Shown: positions 10,342-19,974 of the stretch, piece after piece
Position numbering within the stretch: position 1 is the first letter of the stretch
How the letters are laid out: each line of letters opens with the position of its first letter
Origin: Candidatus Latescibacterota bacterium
GTDB taxonomy: Bacteria; Latescibacterota; UBA2968
Direction of reading: 5' to 3'
DNA: 64,000 nucleotides
Assembly: GCA_965222605.1 (NCBI GenBank)
Contig: OZ244960.1
Span: forward strand, 5,805,280 to 5,869,279
Notes under the pieces: model-generated
Database searches by the model: none
Told to the model about the DNA's origin: nothing
The model's input: only the letters and a program-made list of their open reading frames with translations
Translations under genes and position numbers: made by a program

Positions 10342-11112
10342 TTAGTCCATGGACTCCATGGCGTCCATGTTTACCTTAACGCCTTTTTTCTTCAAGGCGG
10401 CAACATGCGTGTTCATTGACATGTCATTCAGAGCATTGCGCCTGATATTTAGTGTTGCCAGGTTGGCCAGGCCCGCGGCTGGCGCTATATCCATGACTTT
10501 GTTGTTGTTCAGCCCTAAGGTTTTCAACTCAGCCATGCCCGACACTGCCGAAATATCTGCGACTTTGTTGCCGGAAAGATTCAGATTTCTCAGTTTGGTC
10601 GCCTCAGAAAGTGCCGAAATATCAGAGATGTTGCGGTTCACACTGAGATTCAGTATTCTCAGATTTTTCAAACCGGAAAGTGCCGATATGTCGGATACAT
10701 TATTGCGGGTCAGATTTAGCGTTCTCAGTTTTTTCAAACCTGAAAGTGCCGAGAGGTCAGAGACGGCGTTGCTGTTGACGACCTTGTTTTCCACGCGCGT
10801 AGCACCAAGATTCAGTAATGTCAAATTTTTGGCATGCTCGAGGCCGCTCAAATCGCTGATGTTTGCATTTTGCGCAACAAGACGCTTCAGTTTAGCCATG
10901 TCAGCCGTGGTGATCACCGCATCGCTCGCCATGCCCAGAGAATCTGCAATGACTGCGCGCAAATTGGCGTCGGCAATCATGACTGGTTTTGGCTCCATTT
11001 GTTTAGCGCTTTCGCTTTTTTGCTCGTTGGCTTTGTGATGGGCGGCGTCACTCGCGCCATAGCTGCATGCAACGAGGAGTGCGAGAATAAAGAGAAGATG
11101 TCGATACGTCAT
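10342..11112 (-). CDS. Secreted leucine-rich-repeat (LRR) protein
   Basis: Signal peptide MTYRHLLFILALLVACSYG; repeated LSGLxxLxxLNLxxNxISDISA units; C-terminal NTHVAALKKKGVKV tail shared with paralogues. Confidence 0.8.
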   Translation of the reverse strand: MTYRHLLFILALLVACSYGASDAAHHKANEQKSESAKQMEPKPVMIADANLRAVIADSLGMASDAVITTADMAKLKRLVAQNANISDLSGLEHAKNLTLLNLGATRVENKVVNSNAVSDLSALSGLKKLRTLNLTRNNVSDISALSGLKNLRILNLSVNRNISDISALSEATKLRNLNLSGNKVADISAVSGMAELKTLGLNNNKVMDIAPAAGLANLATLNIRRNALNDMSMNTHVAALKKKGVKVNMDAMESMD

Positions 11113-11177
11113 GGGTAGTTCCTCCAAATGGATTTTTCGTGTGACGGTGAATGGAACTGTGAACTTCTCACAGATAT

Positions 11178-12053
11178 TTAGCTGTCGGTATTTACCTTAA
11201 CGCCTCTTTCTTTCAAGGCGGGAATTTGCGTGTTCATTGATGTCTCACTCAGCGCGTTGCGCTTGAGATTGAGTGTTTCCAGCTTAGCCAAACCGGCGAT
11301 CGGCGCGAGGTCCGCGACTTTGTTGTTGTTGAGACTCAAGGTTTTCAACTCAGCCATGCCCGACAGTGCCGAAAGGTCAGAGATTTTGTTGACATTGAGC
11401 GTCAGTTGTCTCAGATCGGTTAGACCCGATAGCGGCGCGATATCCGAGATGCCGGTGTTGCTCAGACTCAGGTTTCTCATCTTGGTTAAGCCCGATAGAG
11501 ACGAAACATCGGCTATCTTTTTGTTGGCGAAAAACGACAGTACTCTCAACCTGGTCAAGCCCGACAGGACTGAGATGTCAGATATCATGTTGGCACCAAG
11601 ACGCAGTTGTCTCAGATCGGTTAGACCCGATAGCGGCGAGAGGTCGGATATTGAGGTGGCGCGTTCAAGGTCCAGGTTTCTCAGCTTGGTCAAACCCGAC
11701 AGCGGCGAGAGGTCGGATATATCATTGCTGTTGACGGCCTTATTATCCACACGCGCAGCACCGAGGTCCAGATGCATCAGGCCGGTTGCATGCTCTAAGC
11801 CAGTCAAATCGCCGATGTTTGCATTTGGCGCTACAATACGCGTCAATTTTGCCATTTCAGCCGCGGTGATCGCCGCATCGCTCGCCATGTTCAGGGAATC
11901 TGCAATGACCGCGCGCAGGCTGGCATCGGAGATGGTCACTGTTTCGGTGCTTTCACTTTTTTTCTCGCTCATTTTGTGATGGACCGCATCACTCGTGCTA
12001 TAGCTGCATGCAATGAGGAGGACAAGAACAAAGGGGAGATGTCGATACATCAT
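11178..12053 (-). CDS. Secreted LRR protein (tandem paralogue)
   Basis: Start at MMYRHLPFVLVLLIACSYS; same cap (LRAVIADSL...AEMAKLT), LRR units and NTQIPALKERGVKV tail as neighbour. Confidence 0.8.
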   Translation of the reverse strand: MMYRHLPFVLVLLIACSYSTSDAVHHKMSEKKSESTETVTISDASLRAVIADSLNMASDAAITAAEMAKLTRIVAPNANIGDLTGLEHATGLMHLDLGAARVDNKAVNSNDISDLSPLSGLTKLRNLDLERATSISDLSPLSGLTDLRQLRLGANMISDISVLSGLTRLRVLSFFANKKIADVSSLSGLTKMRNLSLSNTGISDIAPLSGLTDLRQLTLNVNKISDLSALSGMAELKTLSLNNNKVADLAPIAGLAKLETLNLKRNALSETSMNTQIPALKERGVKVNTDS

Positions 12054-12260
12054 TGAAATTTCCTCCAGAAGAGGGTGAATGAGACACGCAAAGTGCCCGT
12101 GCCAAATGGATGTGATATTGAGCACAACAACTTACGAGAGATTTCCTCCTTTCTGTTGTGGGTGCGTGTTCTTGTGTGCTCTAATCTGAGGTATGATAAT
12201 ATAAAAGCGGTTGATTAGTCAATAAAAATAAGAGGTAAAATGTAAGAGAAGAGGGGATGG

Positions 12261-14009
12261 CTAACGCTTGAGGTCGAGTTGTGCTGACCACGAGGAGGTG
12301 CGGTGGTGGCTGTAGCGCGTTGACAGGCGGAAATGCGCGTTTGCCCAGGTGAGGCGCAAGCCGCGATTGGTGCCGTCTCCTGAGAGGGTGAGCAGGCGTA
12401 TGCCGCCCCAGACATGGGGTTCAATGTCGTAGATACGCGCGTTGTAGGATGAGATTTTGTGGTGGGTGGCCCAAAGTGCGAGGGAAAAGCCCGTTGATTT
12501 GCCGAGTTGCATGCGAAGTCCGGCGGCGTTTCCCGAGGTACCGGCGTGAGCGCGCTGGAGCCATGCGGTCATGGTGCGTGCGGGGCGTTTGTAGATGAAT
12601 GCAAGGCGAAGACTTTGGCGGGGTACGCGATTTGTGGCACTTCTGGCATCGGCGGTTAGACGTGCAGAAAATCCCCTGCTGAAGCGGTGGGTAAAATTGA
12701 GCCGCAAGCGAGCACCTCGTTCTGGCAGTGCGCTTTTCTCTGAAAGGAGATGGCCGTAGCGGTCAAGGGCGATATCGAGGCGTTTGCGTTTTGATACGCG
12801 CCAGGTCAGGCCAAAAAATGCGCCCCATTCGTTGTTTGGGGGGGAGCCGTATGCGGCATAGGGTGCGCCGTGCAAGCTGTGAAAACTGGTACCATAGTAT
12901 CTGCCAATGAGGTGGAGACGCAGGATAGGCGTACCGGCGACGAGGCCGGTTATAAAAGCTCTGGGGGCGATTTCACCAAACAGGGCGATACGGTTGGTGC
13001 GGTAGAGGCCGTTCAGGCTGAATAACATGCCTGCCTGAGCAGTGCGCGGTACGGCGGAATCACTGGCTATGTCAGACGCGATGGGTGTAAAGGCCGTGTT
13101 GAGGAATGCCAATCCAATGTGTTTTTGCGAGGAGCCAATGGCTATGTTCGCGCCTGTGAGGCGTTCGCGGAGTGCGTTTTTGCGCGCTTGTGAGGTTTCG
13201 GTGTGGTGAAGGCCGCTGGTGTAGATGCGCGTGTCAGAGCCAAAGGTCGCATCCCATGTCATTCGGCCATACATCAGGCTCCAGAACAAATGAGTGTGTG
13301 AGCCGCTCAGGTAAATGCCGCGCAGGGCACCGTGTTCTGTGCTGGTGCGATTGCCCGATTGCGTGGCAGTGCGGGCGCGTGCATAGCTCAAGCCGGTCGC
13401 GCTGCGGGTGCGGCGAGAAAAGAGCAATCCCTGTCCCCATTCTGGACGCACATCTCCGAGGATGATATCGATGTGAGAAAGGGGCAGGGCAATATATCCG
13501 GTGACGTGATCGGTAAGGGTCGGTTCTTCTGGGTCGCGTTCGGTCAGGAAAAAGGCAGAGAGATGTGCGGGTGAAGAGATTTCGAGTCGTTGATAGAGGC
13601 GCATGTCGCCAAAGCTATTGGCGCGTTTAGAAGGGCGCGTGACGCGGGATGTATATTGCAAACGCCAGGGGCGCGAGGGTGCGATGGACAGATAGGGCGC
13701 GATGAGGTCGATATGTTCTTCCGATAAACCCTGTACCTTGGCGAGTTCTGCAAGGGCGCGATAGGGGCGACGGGCGATGATCCGCCGGACGAGTTCTGGG
13801 GTGAGACCGGGCAAAATGAGCAGGTCTTTCGCGCTTGCGCGATTGAGTTCGAGGCTTATGCCTTCGAGGTCGCGCAACAAGTCATTATACGCTTCGGCTT
13901 CGTTTTCGGTGTAGATGGCGGGCGGTTGCGCGAATAGGAGCGCGGGAAGGCACAGGGTGAACACAATGTGCCATGCGAGCGTGCGGATGTGAAAGATGTG
14001 TTCTGGCAT
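12261..14009 (-). CDS. Helix-hairpin-helix domain protein with large C-terminal beta-rich (possible outer-membrane) region
   Basis: 582 aa; signal-like N-terminus; ComEA-type HhH segment LNRASAKDLLILPGLTPELVRRIIARRPY; rest unassigned. Confidence 0.5.
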   Translation of the reverse strand: MPEHIFHIRTLAWHIVFTLCLPALLFAQPPAIYTENEAEAYNDLLRDLEGISLELNRASAKDLLILPGLTPELVRRIIARRPYRALAELAKVQGLSEEHIDLIAPYLSIAPSRPWRLQYTSRVTRPSKRANSFGDMRLYQRLEISSPAHLSAFFLTERDPEEPTLTDHVTGYIALPLSHIDIILGDVRPEWGQGLLFSRRTRSATGLSYARARTATQSGNRTSTEHGALRGIYLSGSHTHLFWSLMYGRMTWDATFGSDTRIYTSGLHHTETSQARKNALRERLTGANIAIGSSQKHIGLAFLNTAFTPIASDIASDSAVPRTAQAGMLFSLNGLYRTNRIALFGEIAPRAFITGLVAGTPILRLHLIGRYYGTSFHSLHGAPYAAYGSPPNNEWGAFFGLTWRVSKRKRLDIALDRYGHLLSEKSALPERGARLRLNFTHRFSRGFSARLTADARSATNRVPRQSLRLAFIYKRPARTMTAWLQRAHAGTSGNAAGLRMQLGKSTGFSLALWATHHKISSYNARIYDIEPHVWGGIRLLTLSGDGTNRGLRLTWANAHFRLSTRYSHHRTSSWSAQLDLKR

Positions 14010-14156
14010 TGGGCGCGTTTGCGATATAAAGGTCTGAATTTACAGTAAGTTGCTTTGTTGTTGCAATAGACCTTATGCAAACGGTATGCCAGCACAGTGA
14101 ACTGGTCTGGACTGCGACCAGTCATGCTCGATTTACTCGCCTTCATACACCGATCC

Positions 14157-16001
14157 TCATTTTTGATACAGTTCTATTCTGCGATTGCGGATGGTGAGCA
14201 TATACATCCATGCATTTTCCCGATGGCCTTTGCCAAAGGATATTTGGCCGGTTGCACCGGGTATGTCGGTAAGGGTTTCAAGGCGGTCTCGCAGGCGGTC
14301 TCGGGTGGTGCCGCCCGCGTTTATACCGTGCAGGATGGATAGCATGGCATCGTATCCGAGGGCGGCAACGATATTCTGTTCTTTGCCAAAGCGCGAGCGG
14401 TAGGCGTTGACGAAATTTTGCACGGATTCGAGGTGGCTCTGGTCGTAATATTTTGCGACAAAAACAGCACCATCGACATAATTGCCTCCGTCGCGAGCCA
14501 CTTGATCGTGGTTCCAGCCATCGCTGCCGAGTACCTGCGAAGAGACGAGGGCGGAGTGAAATTGAGGCGCAATGAGTAAGATGTCTTCTGCACCGCCCGC
14601 AATGAGGATGCCGTCCAGGGCTTTGACAACTTCGAGTTGCACTGTGTCGGGGTCAACTACGACGGGCGGTGGGGGGGCGATGTGTATGTTGCCGAGGATT
14701 AAGGAGTCAATTTCCGAAGCGAGACTGTCGGGTACTTGAAGTGCCAGTCCCGCGCTGCGGATGCGTTCAAATTGGCGGCGATAATCCGTGGTGCCCGGTT
14801 CATACCATTCTTGAATGAGCACTTCGGCACCGAGATCTTCGGCTCTGGTGGCAAATTCACGGGCGATGGTCCGGCCATAATCATCTCGAGATGCGAGTGA
14901 GGCCAGCGTTCGCAAGCCCTGTTTATTCACGGCGTGTTCTGCAATATGCCTGCCCTGCGCGCCCGGTGTTGCGTTGACTTGAAAAACATAGGAACTGAGG
15001 GATGCAATGCCATCGTCTGAGGCTGTTGGAGCCACCAGAGGCACTTTTTTGGCACTGAGCATGGTTGCGATAGGCGTGGTTTCCGCGCTTGTGAGAGCGC
15101 CGATGATGGCGAGTACTTCGCGTTCTTCAACAAGGTGCTGTGCCGCGCGTGCTGCGCGAATGGGGTCGCCTTCGGAATCTTCAAATATTAATTCGATCTG
15201 GTCGTGAGATACGAGTGCATTGCGGTCTCTCGCAAGTGTGATACCGTTGCGAAGGTTTTCGCCGTTTGGGGTGCCCAATGGGGCGATGACGCCAATTTTA
15301 TAGCGCGCATTTTTGGGTTCTGGAGCGGGTTGGGACGATGGAGTAGCGCGCGCGCGTATGAGGATTTGGCGCGCGTGTGCGGCAAATTGTCCGTTTGGAT
15401 GGTGATCGAGAAAGAAGGACAGGTGTTTGTTGCCCGTTTTGAGGTTGCCGAATTTTATGTGCCAGTGCGCTTTGCCAAAGGCAATGGCTTCATCGATGAT
15501 GGCGCGATTAAAGTCGATTTTCAGATTTTCGACCTCTGCATCGGTCAAGTTTTCGCTGCCAGATAATTGGCCCAGGCGGTCGGCTGCACGCGCTTTGGTG
15601 CGTATGTCGGCGCGGCTGGTGAGTACGCGCACATATTGTGTGGCAGCATTGTAAATCTGGTGCTGGTGAAAATAACAGTCGCCAATGATCAGGTCGGTTT
15701 CGGAGACGTATCGGCTGCGCGGGTAGTGATGTTGAAGCGCGATGGCCTCGTCCAGAGCCAGATCGTAAGCTTTCAATTTGTAGTGCGATTTTGCCAGCAG
15801 AAATCGCGCGGCAGAGGTGCGCTGGTTGGGGGGGTGTTGTTCGATAAGTTCGATAAACCCATTCCGGGCGTCTGATAATTTGTCCTGGTTATAATGGGCA
15901 AGTGCGCGTTGGAAAAGGGTTTCCGCTTTCTGACTGAAGATCTCACCCGATATTTGGGCAGAGAAGAGCAGGATAAGAAGGAGTATAGATAATTTTTTCA
16001 T
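14157..16001 (-). CDS. TPR-repeat plus type-1 periplasmic-binding-fold (LivK-like) protein
   Basis: 614 aa; signal peptide; N-terminal TPR-like helices, then YKIGVIAPLGTPNGENLRNG... typical of branched-chain-amino-acid-type binding proteins; ATGA overlap with upstream gene. Confidence 0.7.
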   Translation of the reverse strand: MKKLSILLLILLFSAQISGEIFSQKAETLFQRALAHYNQDKLSDARNGFIELIEQHPPNQRTSAARFLLAKSHYKLKAYDLALDEAIALQHHYPRSRYVSETDLIIGDCYFHQHQIYNAATQYVRVLTSRADIRTKARAADRLGQLSGSENLTDAEVENLKIDFNRAIIDEAIAFGKAHWHIKFGNLKTGNKHLSFFLDHHPNGQFAAHARQILIRARATPSSQPAPEPKNARYKIGVIAPLGTPNGENLRNGITLARDRNALVSHDQIELIFEDSEGDPIRAARAAQHLVEEREVLAIIGALTSAETTPIATMLSAKKVPLVAPTASDDGIASLSSYVFQVNATPGAQGRHIAEHAVNKQGLRTLASLASRDDYGRTIAREFATRAEDLGAEVLIQEWYEPGTTDYRRQFERIRSAGLALQVPDSLASEIDSLILGNIHIAPPPPVVVDPDTVQLEVVKALDGILIAGGAEDILLIAPQFHSALVSSQVLGSDGWNHDQVARDGGNYVDGAVFVAKYYDQSHLESVQNFVNAYRSRFGKEQNIVAALGYDAMLSILHGINAGGTTRDRLRDRLETLTDIPGATGQISFGKGHRENAWMYMLTIRNRRIELYQK

Positions 16002-16507
16002 TGAACAAAGTTGATAAAATCTTCTGGATGCAGTTTTTGGAGTCGCTGTTGAAGGCGTCCGGGGGGGTGTTTTTTGGATAGTTCGGCACTTTTTTTCATC
16101 ACTTTTTCATCTATGTAGATTGGCGCGTCAAATTTGAGTGCCATCAAGATCGCGTCGCTGGGGCGTGCGTCGAGTTCCAGAGGGGTTCCAGGGGAGGTGA
16201 GATGCAATTGCGCGCGATAGATGTGGTCTATGATGTCTGTGATGAGTGCGTGTTGAACGCTGGCTTGCAGGTTTTTAATGACTGTTCTGATCAAATCGTG
16301 TGCAAATGGACGCGGCGGTTTGTAGTCATCGCCTGAGATATGAAGGGCAAGTGAGAACATTTCGCCCATTTGAATCCATATTGGCACGCGGTGGTCGCCG
16401 TCTTTTTCTTTGAGCATAATGACCGGTTCTTCGAATTGGCGGTCGATAAATATGCCTTCGATTTGGGCTTCATAGACCATGGACGCGACCTCTGTGAGTT
16501 TTACCAA
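15998..16507 (-). CDS. Bifunctional nuclease family protein (DUF151/BFN)
   Basis: 169 aa; EPVIMLKEKDGDHRVPIWIQMGEMFSLA...PRPFAHDL matches BFN-domain pattern. Confidence 0.75.
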   Translation of the reverse strand: MVKLTEVASMVYEAQIEGIFIDRQFEEPVIMLKEKDGDHRVPIWIQMGEMFSLALHISGDDYKPPRPFAHDLIRTVIKNLQASVQHALITDIIDHIYRAQLHLTSPGTPLELDARPSDAILMALKFDAPIYIDEKVMKKSAELSKKHPPGRLQQRLQKLHPEDFINFVQ

Positions 16508-16589
16508 ATATAAAGGAGGGCAATGGAAGGGTCAAGCGGTCAGTCTAAACATACCGAGAATGATGCGGTAGTAATTTTAAGACATTTTT

Positions 16590-17036
16590 TTAGACATCAA
16601 CGGTTTTTGGATGAGTTTGTGGATGTTCTTTGCGCCATTGGTCAATTTTCTGTGCATCTGCTTCTGTCAAGACAATATGCCCTTTCGCGCTGTTTGGGAG
16701 GCCAACCCCAATACCTGCTTTCGCCATGGATTTGATAATTTTTTTAATGGTGTGAGGGGAGACATTCCAGGATTTTGCCAGGCTCGATACTGTGAAAATT
16801 TCTGAAGCCTGTCCGTTAATCGTATTTTCAGGATTTTGTATGATGTCTGACAAATTCACAGCCTGGGTCGCTGCATCAATTGTGATAGATACGAGCCTCC
16901 CCTGATCGTCGTATGAAAAGAGAATATTGTCATGTTCACCATCAACACCGGCATTTTCGGTTTTGGATACGAGGCCCTGAGCCAGCGTAATTTCCAGGGT
17001 ATCTGAATCGGGGAAATACATAAATGGCTCTTTCAT
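16590..17036 (-). CDS. DUF2283-domain protein fused to a C-terminal helix-turn-helix-like segment
   Basis: MYFPDSDTLEITL...DDQGRLVSITIDAA is the DUF2283 pattern; C-terminal FTVSSLAKSWNVSPHTIKKIIKSM looks like an HTH. Confidence 0.55.
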   Translation of the reverse strand: MKEPFMYFPDSDTLEITLAQGLVSKTENAGVDGEHDNILFSYDDQGRLVSITIDAATQAVNLSDIIQNPENTINGQASEIFTVSSLAKSWNVSPHTIKKIIKSMAKAGIGVGLPNSAKGHIVLTEADAQKIDQWRKEHPQTHPKTVDV

Positions 17037-17229
17037 GGTTTACTCCATATTTCCACTGTCAACTGCATCGATAATTGTCCGCAAATTTCTCAGTGTTTCA
17101 GGATGTTTTTCGAGCAGCACGGTGACAAAATAATTCGTGACGTTCATGCTCCAGCCTTGTAGCAAATTTACGCAACTACGAGAGTTATGACAACTGTAGA
17201 TGGGATGTTCGCAGATGTGAACGGCACAT

Positions 17230-17874
17230 TTAGTCCAAAACGAGTGAGACGGCGAGCCAGCCGCCTACGGGTATGATGTTGGATATGAGTTTGGGGTGGT
17301 TGGCAACGCGGCGGTTGTAGTCCTGTATGCCTCGGCGACCATCGCCTTCGGATAGTGCGCGGTGTGCGTGCCCGTGTCCATTGGCATTGTCGGCGATGAT
17401 GAGGCCGCCCGGGCGCGTGTTTTCAAGGGCAAAGTCGAGGTATTTGGGATAGCTTTCTTTGTCCGCGTCGATGAAGATGAGGTCAAAAGGTCCGTCCTGC
17501 GCCGCGTTTTTCATGAGTTCTGCGCCGTCGCCCAGGCGCACGTCTGTTCGGTCTGATAGCCCGGCTTTTTCGTAGTTTTGCTGCGTGACCTCGGCGTGTT
17601 TGGGCTCAATTTCCAGGGTGATGAATTGCCCGTTTTCGGGCAGTGCGCGGGCGAGCCAGATACCCGAATAGCCAGCGAGCGCGCCAAATTCGAGAATTTT
17701 TTTTGCGCCGATTGTCCTGGCGAGCAAATACAGGGTCTGCCCGGCTTCGGGGCTGACGGAGATTCGCGGAATACCCTGTTCGGCAGCGTTGGGCATGATG
17801 CTTTTGAGCAAGTCGTCTTCGCGGGCAAATACTTCCCGTTTATATGTGTTGAGATCGGGATAGGTTTGTTGCAT
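17230..17874 (-). CDS. Class I SAM-dependent O-methyltransferase (family 3, caffeoyl-CoA OMT-like)
   Basis: 214 aa; SAM motif ILEFGALAGYSGIW and FDLIFIDADKESYPKY. Confidence 0.85.
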   Translation of the reverse strand: MQQTYPDLNTYKREVFAREDDLLKSIMPNAAEQGIPRISVSPEAGQTLYLLARTIGAKKILEFGALAGYSGIWLARALPENGQFITLEIEPKHAEVTQQNYEKAGLSDRTDVRLGDGAELMKNAAQDGPFDLIFIDADKESYPKYLDFALENTRPGGLIIADNANGHGHAHRALSEGDGRRGIQDYNRRVANHPKLISNIIPVGGWLAVSLVLD

Positions 17875-17901
17875 TGGATTATCCTTTCACTTTTCGCGCT
17901 T

Positions 17902-18945
17902 TTAGAATGTGATTCTTCTGCCTTCTTTAGCGGATTGATACGCGCCGAGGATCATTTCGACGGAGATGCGCCCCTCTTCTGGGGAGACGCGCTCATTGCT
18001 CAGACCGCGGATATAGTTGATAAATGGACGGGGTATGGCGGCGATGCGCTCGCCCTGCCCTTTGGGTATGTCCATTTTGAATTCGGTCCAGCGATCTTCA
18101 CCGAGGCGGATGTATTTGAGTGGTACGGCGTCTTCTGGTCGCGGTGCAGAGGTGGAAGGCGCGTCGCCGTAGTCCTGGATTATGGTTCCCTTGTCGCCGT
18201 AGATTTCAGTGGTGTTGACGCCTGCGACGGTGGTGGAGCCGTTGAACAATATGCCCATCATGCCAGTTTCAAAGCGGAATATTGAGACGCCGTTATCATC
18301 GGGCGCAGTATCTGTCACGATGTTGTCGATTTCGGCCATTACTGAGACGGGGCGGCCAAAGATCCAGTAGAACCAGTCGACGGCATGGGTGGCGTCGTCG
18401 AAGTACATTCCGATATTGGCAATGGGGTCGAGGTGCCATCTGGACGCGCCAGTGACAAAGTGGGGATTGAGCAGTACCGGGATGCAATGTCTTCGGCGAA
18501 CAACCGCGATATTCCCCACTATGCCTGTGTCAACGAGTTCTTTGATTTTGCGGTTGACCGGGTCCTGCCGCATCTGAAAGGCCATGCTAAATTTGACGCC
18601 CGATTTATTTACGGCCTCAATGATACGATCGCAATCTTCAAGGGTGGTGGCCATGGGTTTTTGGAGCAGGATGTTTTTGCCCGCCTGAGCGGCCATCAGC
18701 GCGTATTCTGCGTGGCGATTGGTTTCGATGCCGATCATGACGGTGTCGATGTTTGGATCGCCGAGTACAGCGTCTAATGACGTGCGAAATTCCATGCCGA
18801 ATTTGTCGGCGTTTTCGCGCCCGCGGTCTTTGTTGTCGTCCCATGTGGCGATGAGTTCGACATCGTCATAATGCTGCATTTGACCACAATATGCGTTGAT
18901 GTGTCCGTGTGCGTGGCTGATTACGCCAATATGAACTTTGTCCAT
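17902..18945 (-). CDS. Gfo/Idh/MocA-family oxidoreductase
   Basis: 347 aa; N-terminal Rossmann segment, EKPMA-type motif (LLQKPMATT). Confidence 0.85.
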   Translation of the reverse strand: MDKVHIGVISHAHGHINAYCGQMQHYDDVELIATWDDNKDRGRENADKFGMEFRTSLDAVLGDPNIDTVMIGIETNRHAEYALMAAQAGKNILLQKPMATTLEDCDRIIEAVNKSGVKFSMAFQMRQDPVNRKIKELVDTGIVGNIAVVRRRHCIPVLLNPHFVTGASRWHLDPIANIGMYFDDATHAVDWFYWIFGRPVSVMAEIDNIVTDTAPDDNGVSIFRFETGMMGILFNGSTTVAGVNTTEIYGDKGTIIQDYGDAPSTSAPRPEDAVPLKYIRLGEDRWTEFKMDIPKGQGERIAAIPRPFINYIRGLSNERVSPEEGRISVEMILGAYQSAKEGRRITF

Positions 18946-18953
18946 AAATATTC

Positions 18954-19946
18954 CTATTTCACGTAAACAACGGTTTCGTTGTCGAGCGATTCAATTGCTG
19001 CGGCAATGACTTTTTGCACGGCGAGGCCGTCTTCGCCCGAGCCGTCGATGTCTTCGGGGGCAACCCCGTCTCTGACCTGGTGGAGAAATGTGCCGATGCG
19101 GTCTCGAAAGGTGTCGATAAAGTCTCCAAATCCCCCAAAAGCCGGGTCTGTGTACACGGTTTTTTCGAGGTTGCCCGCCGGGTAGAGGGTGAGTTCGTAC
19201 CACATGTCTTCAAGGACGAAGCGACCGCCTGTTCCGGCGACTTCACAGCGTTCCATGGGATGCCCGCGTTCGATGTCGTAACTGCCCGTGAGTGAACCGA
19301 CTACGCCATTTTTAAAACGCATGTTGAATTGCGCGGTGGACCATATTTTACGCCCCGGTGCTTTGGTGGCGAAACATTGAACCGCTTCGATATCGCCGCA
19401 GAAATAGCGCATGACGTCAATGGTGTGTGGGTGGAGCGCTTTGAGGTGATAATATGGCGAACTTTCCGCCGGGTTCATGATCCACATCGCCATATTGATA
19501 AAGAGCAGATGGCCCAGGCGACCTTCATTTACCCATTTTTTTGCAAGGCGAGCAGCAGGGGTAAAGCGGTGGTTGAGATCAATGCCATAGCAGACGCCCA
19601 TTTTTTTTGCTTTGGCGACCATTTCTTCGCCGTGTAAAATATTATTTGAGATGGGTTTTTCACCCAAAACGTGACAGCCGGCTTCGAGGGCTTGTATTGT
19701 GGGTGCGTAGTGATCGCTGCTGTATTCATATCCGCCCGTGGCTACGCTTACCACATCGGGTTTGCGTTCTTCAAGCATTTTCTGAACGTTGTAAAAAGCG
19801 GTGACGCCCAGGCGCTGTGCGGCCGTATTGGCGCGGGTTTCGTCAATGTCGCATACGCCTACAAGCTCGGACAATGGGTTTTCAACATAAATGTCAGCGT
19901 GCCGGTTGCCAATTGGCCCCAGTCCGATGACGCATACACGTAGCAT
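18954..19946 (-). CDS. Gfo/Idh/MocA-family oxidoreductase
   Basis: Track ORF extends to 20393 but overlaps the CNNM gene; true start MLRVCVIGLGPIGNRH at 19946; GEKPIS motif. Confidence 0.85.
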   Translation of the reverse strand: MLRVCVIGLGPIGNRHADIYVENPLSELVGVCDIDETRANTAAQRLGVTAFYNVQKMLEERKPDVVSVATGGYEYSSDHYAPTIQALEAGCHVLGEKPISNNILHGEEMVAKAKKMGVCYGIDLNHRFTPAARLAKKWVNEGRLGHLLFINMAMWIMNPAESSPYYHLKALHPHTIDVMRYFCGDIEAVQCFATKAPGRKIWSTAQFNMRFKNGVVGSLTGSYDIERGHPMERCEVAGTGGRFVLEDMWYELTLYPAGNLEKTVYTDPAFGGFGDFIDTFRDRIGTFLHQVRDGVAPEDIDGSGEDGLAVQKVIAAAIESLDNETVVYVK

Positions 19947-19974
19947 AAAGGTACTCCATATTTGGGATTGGTGC

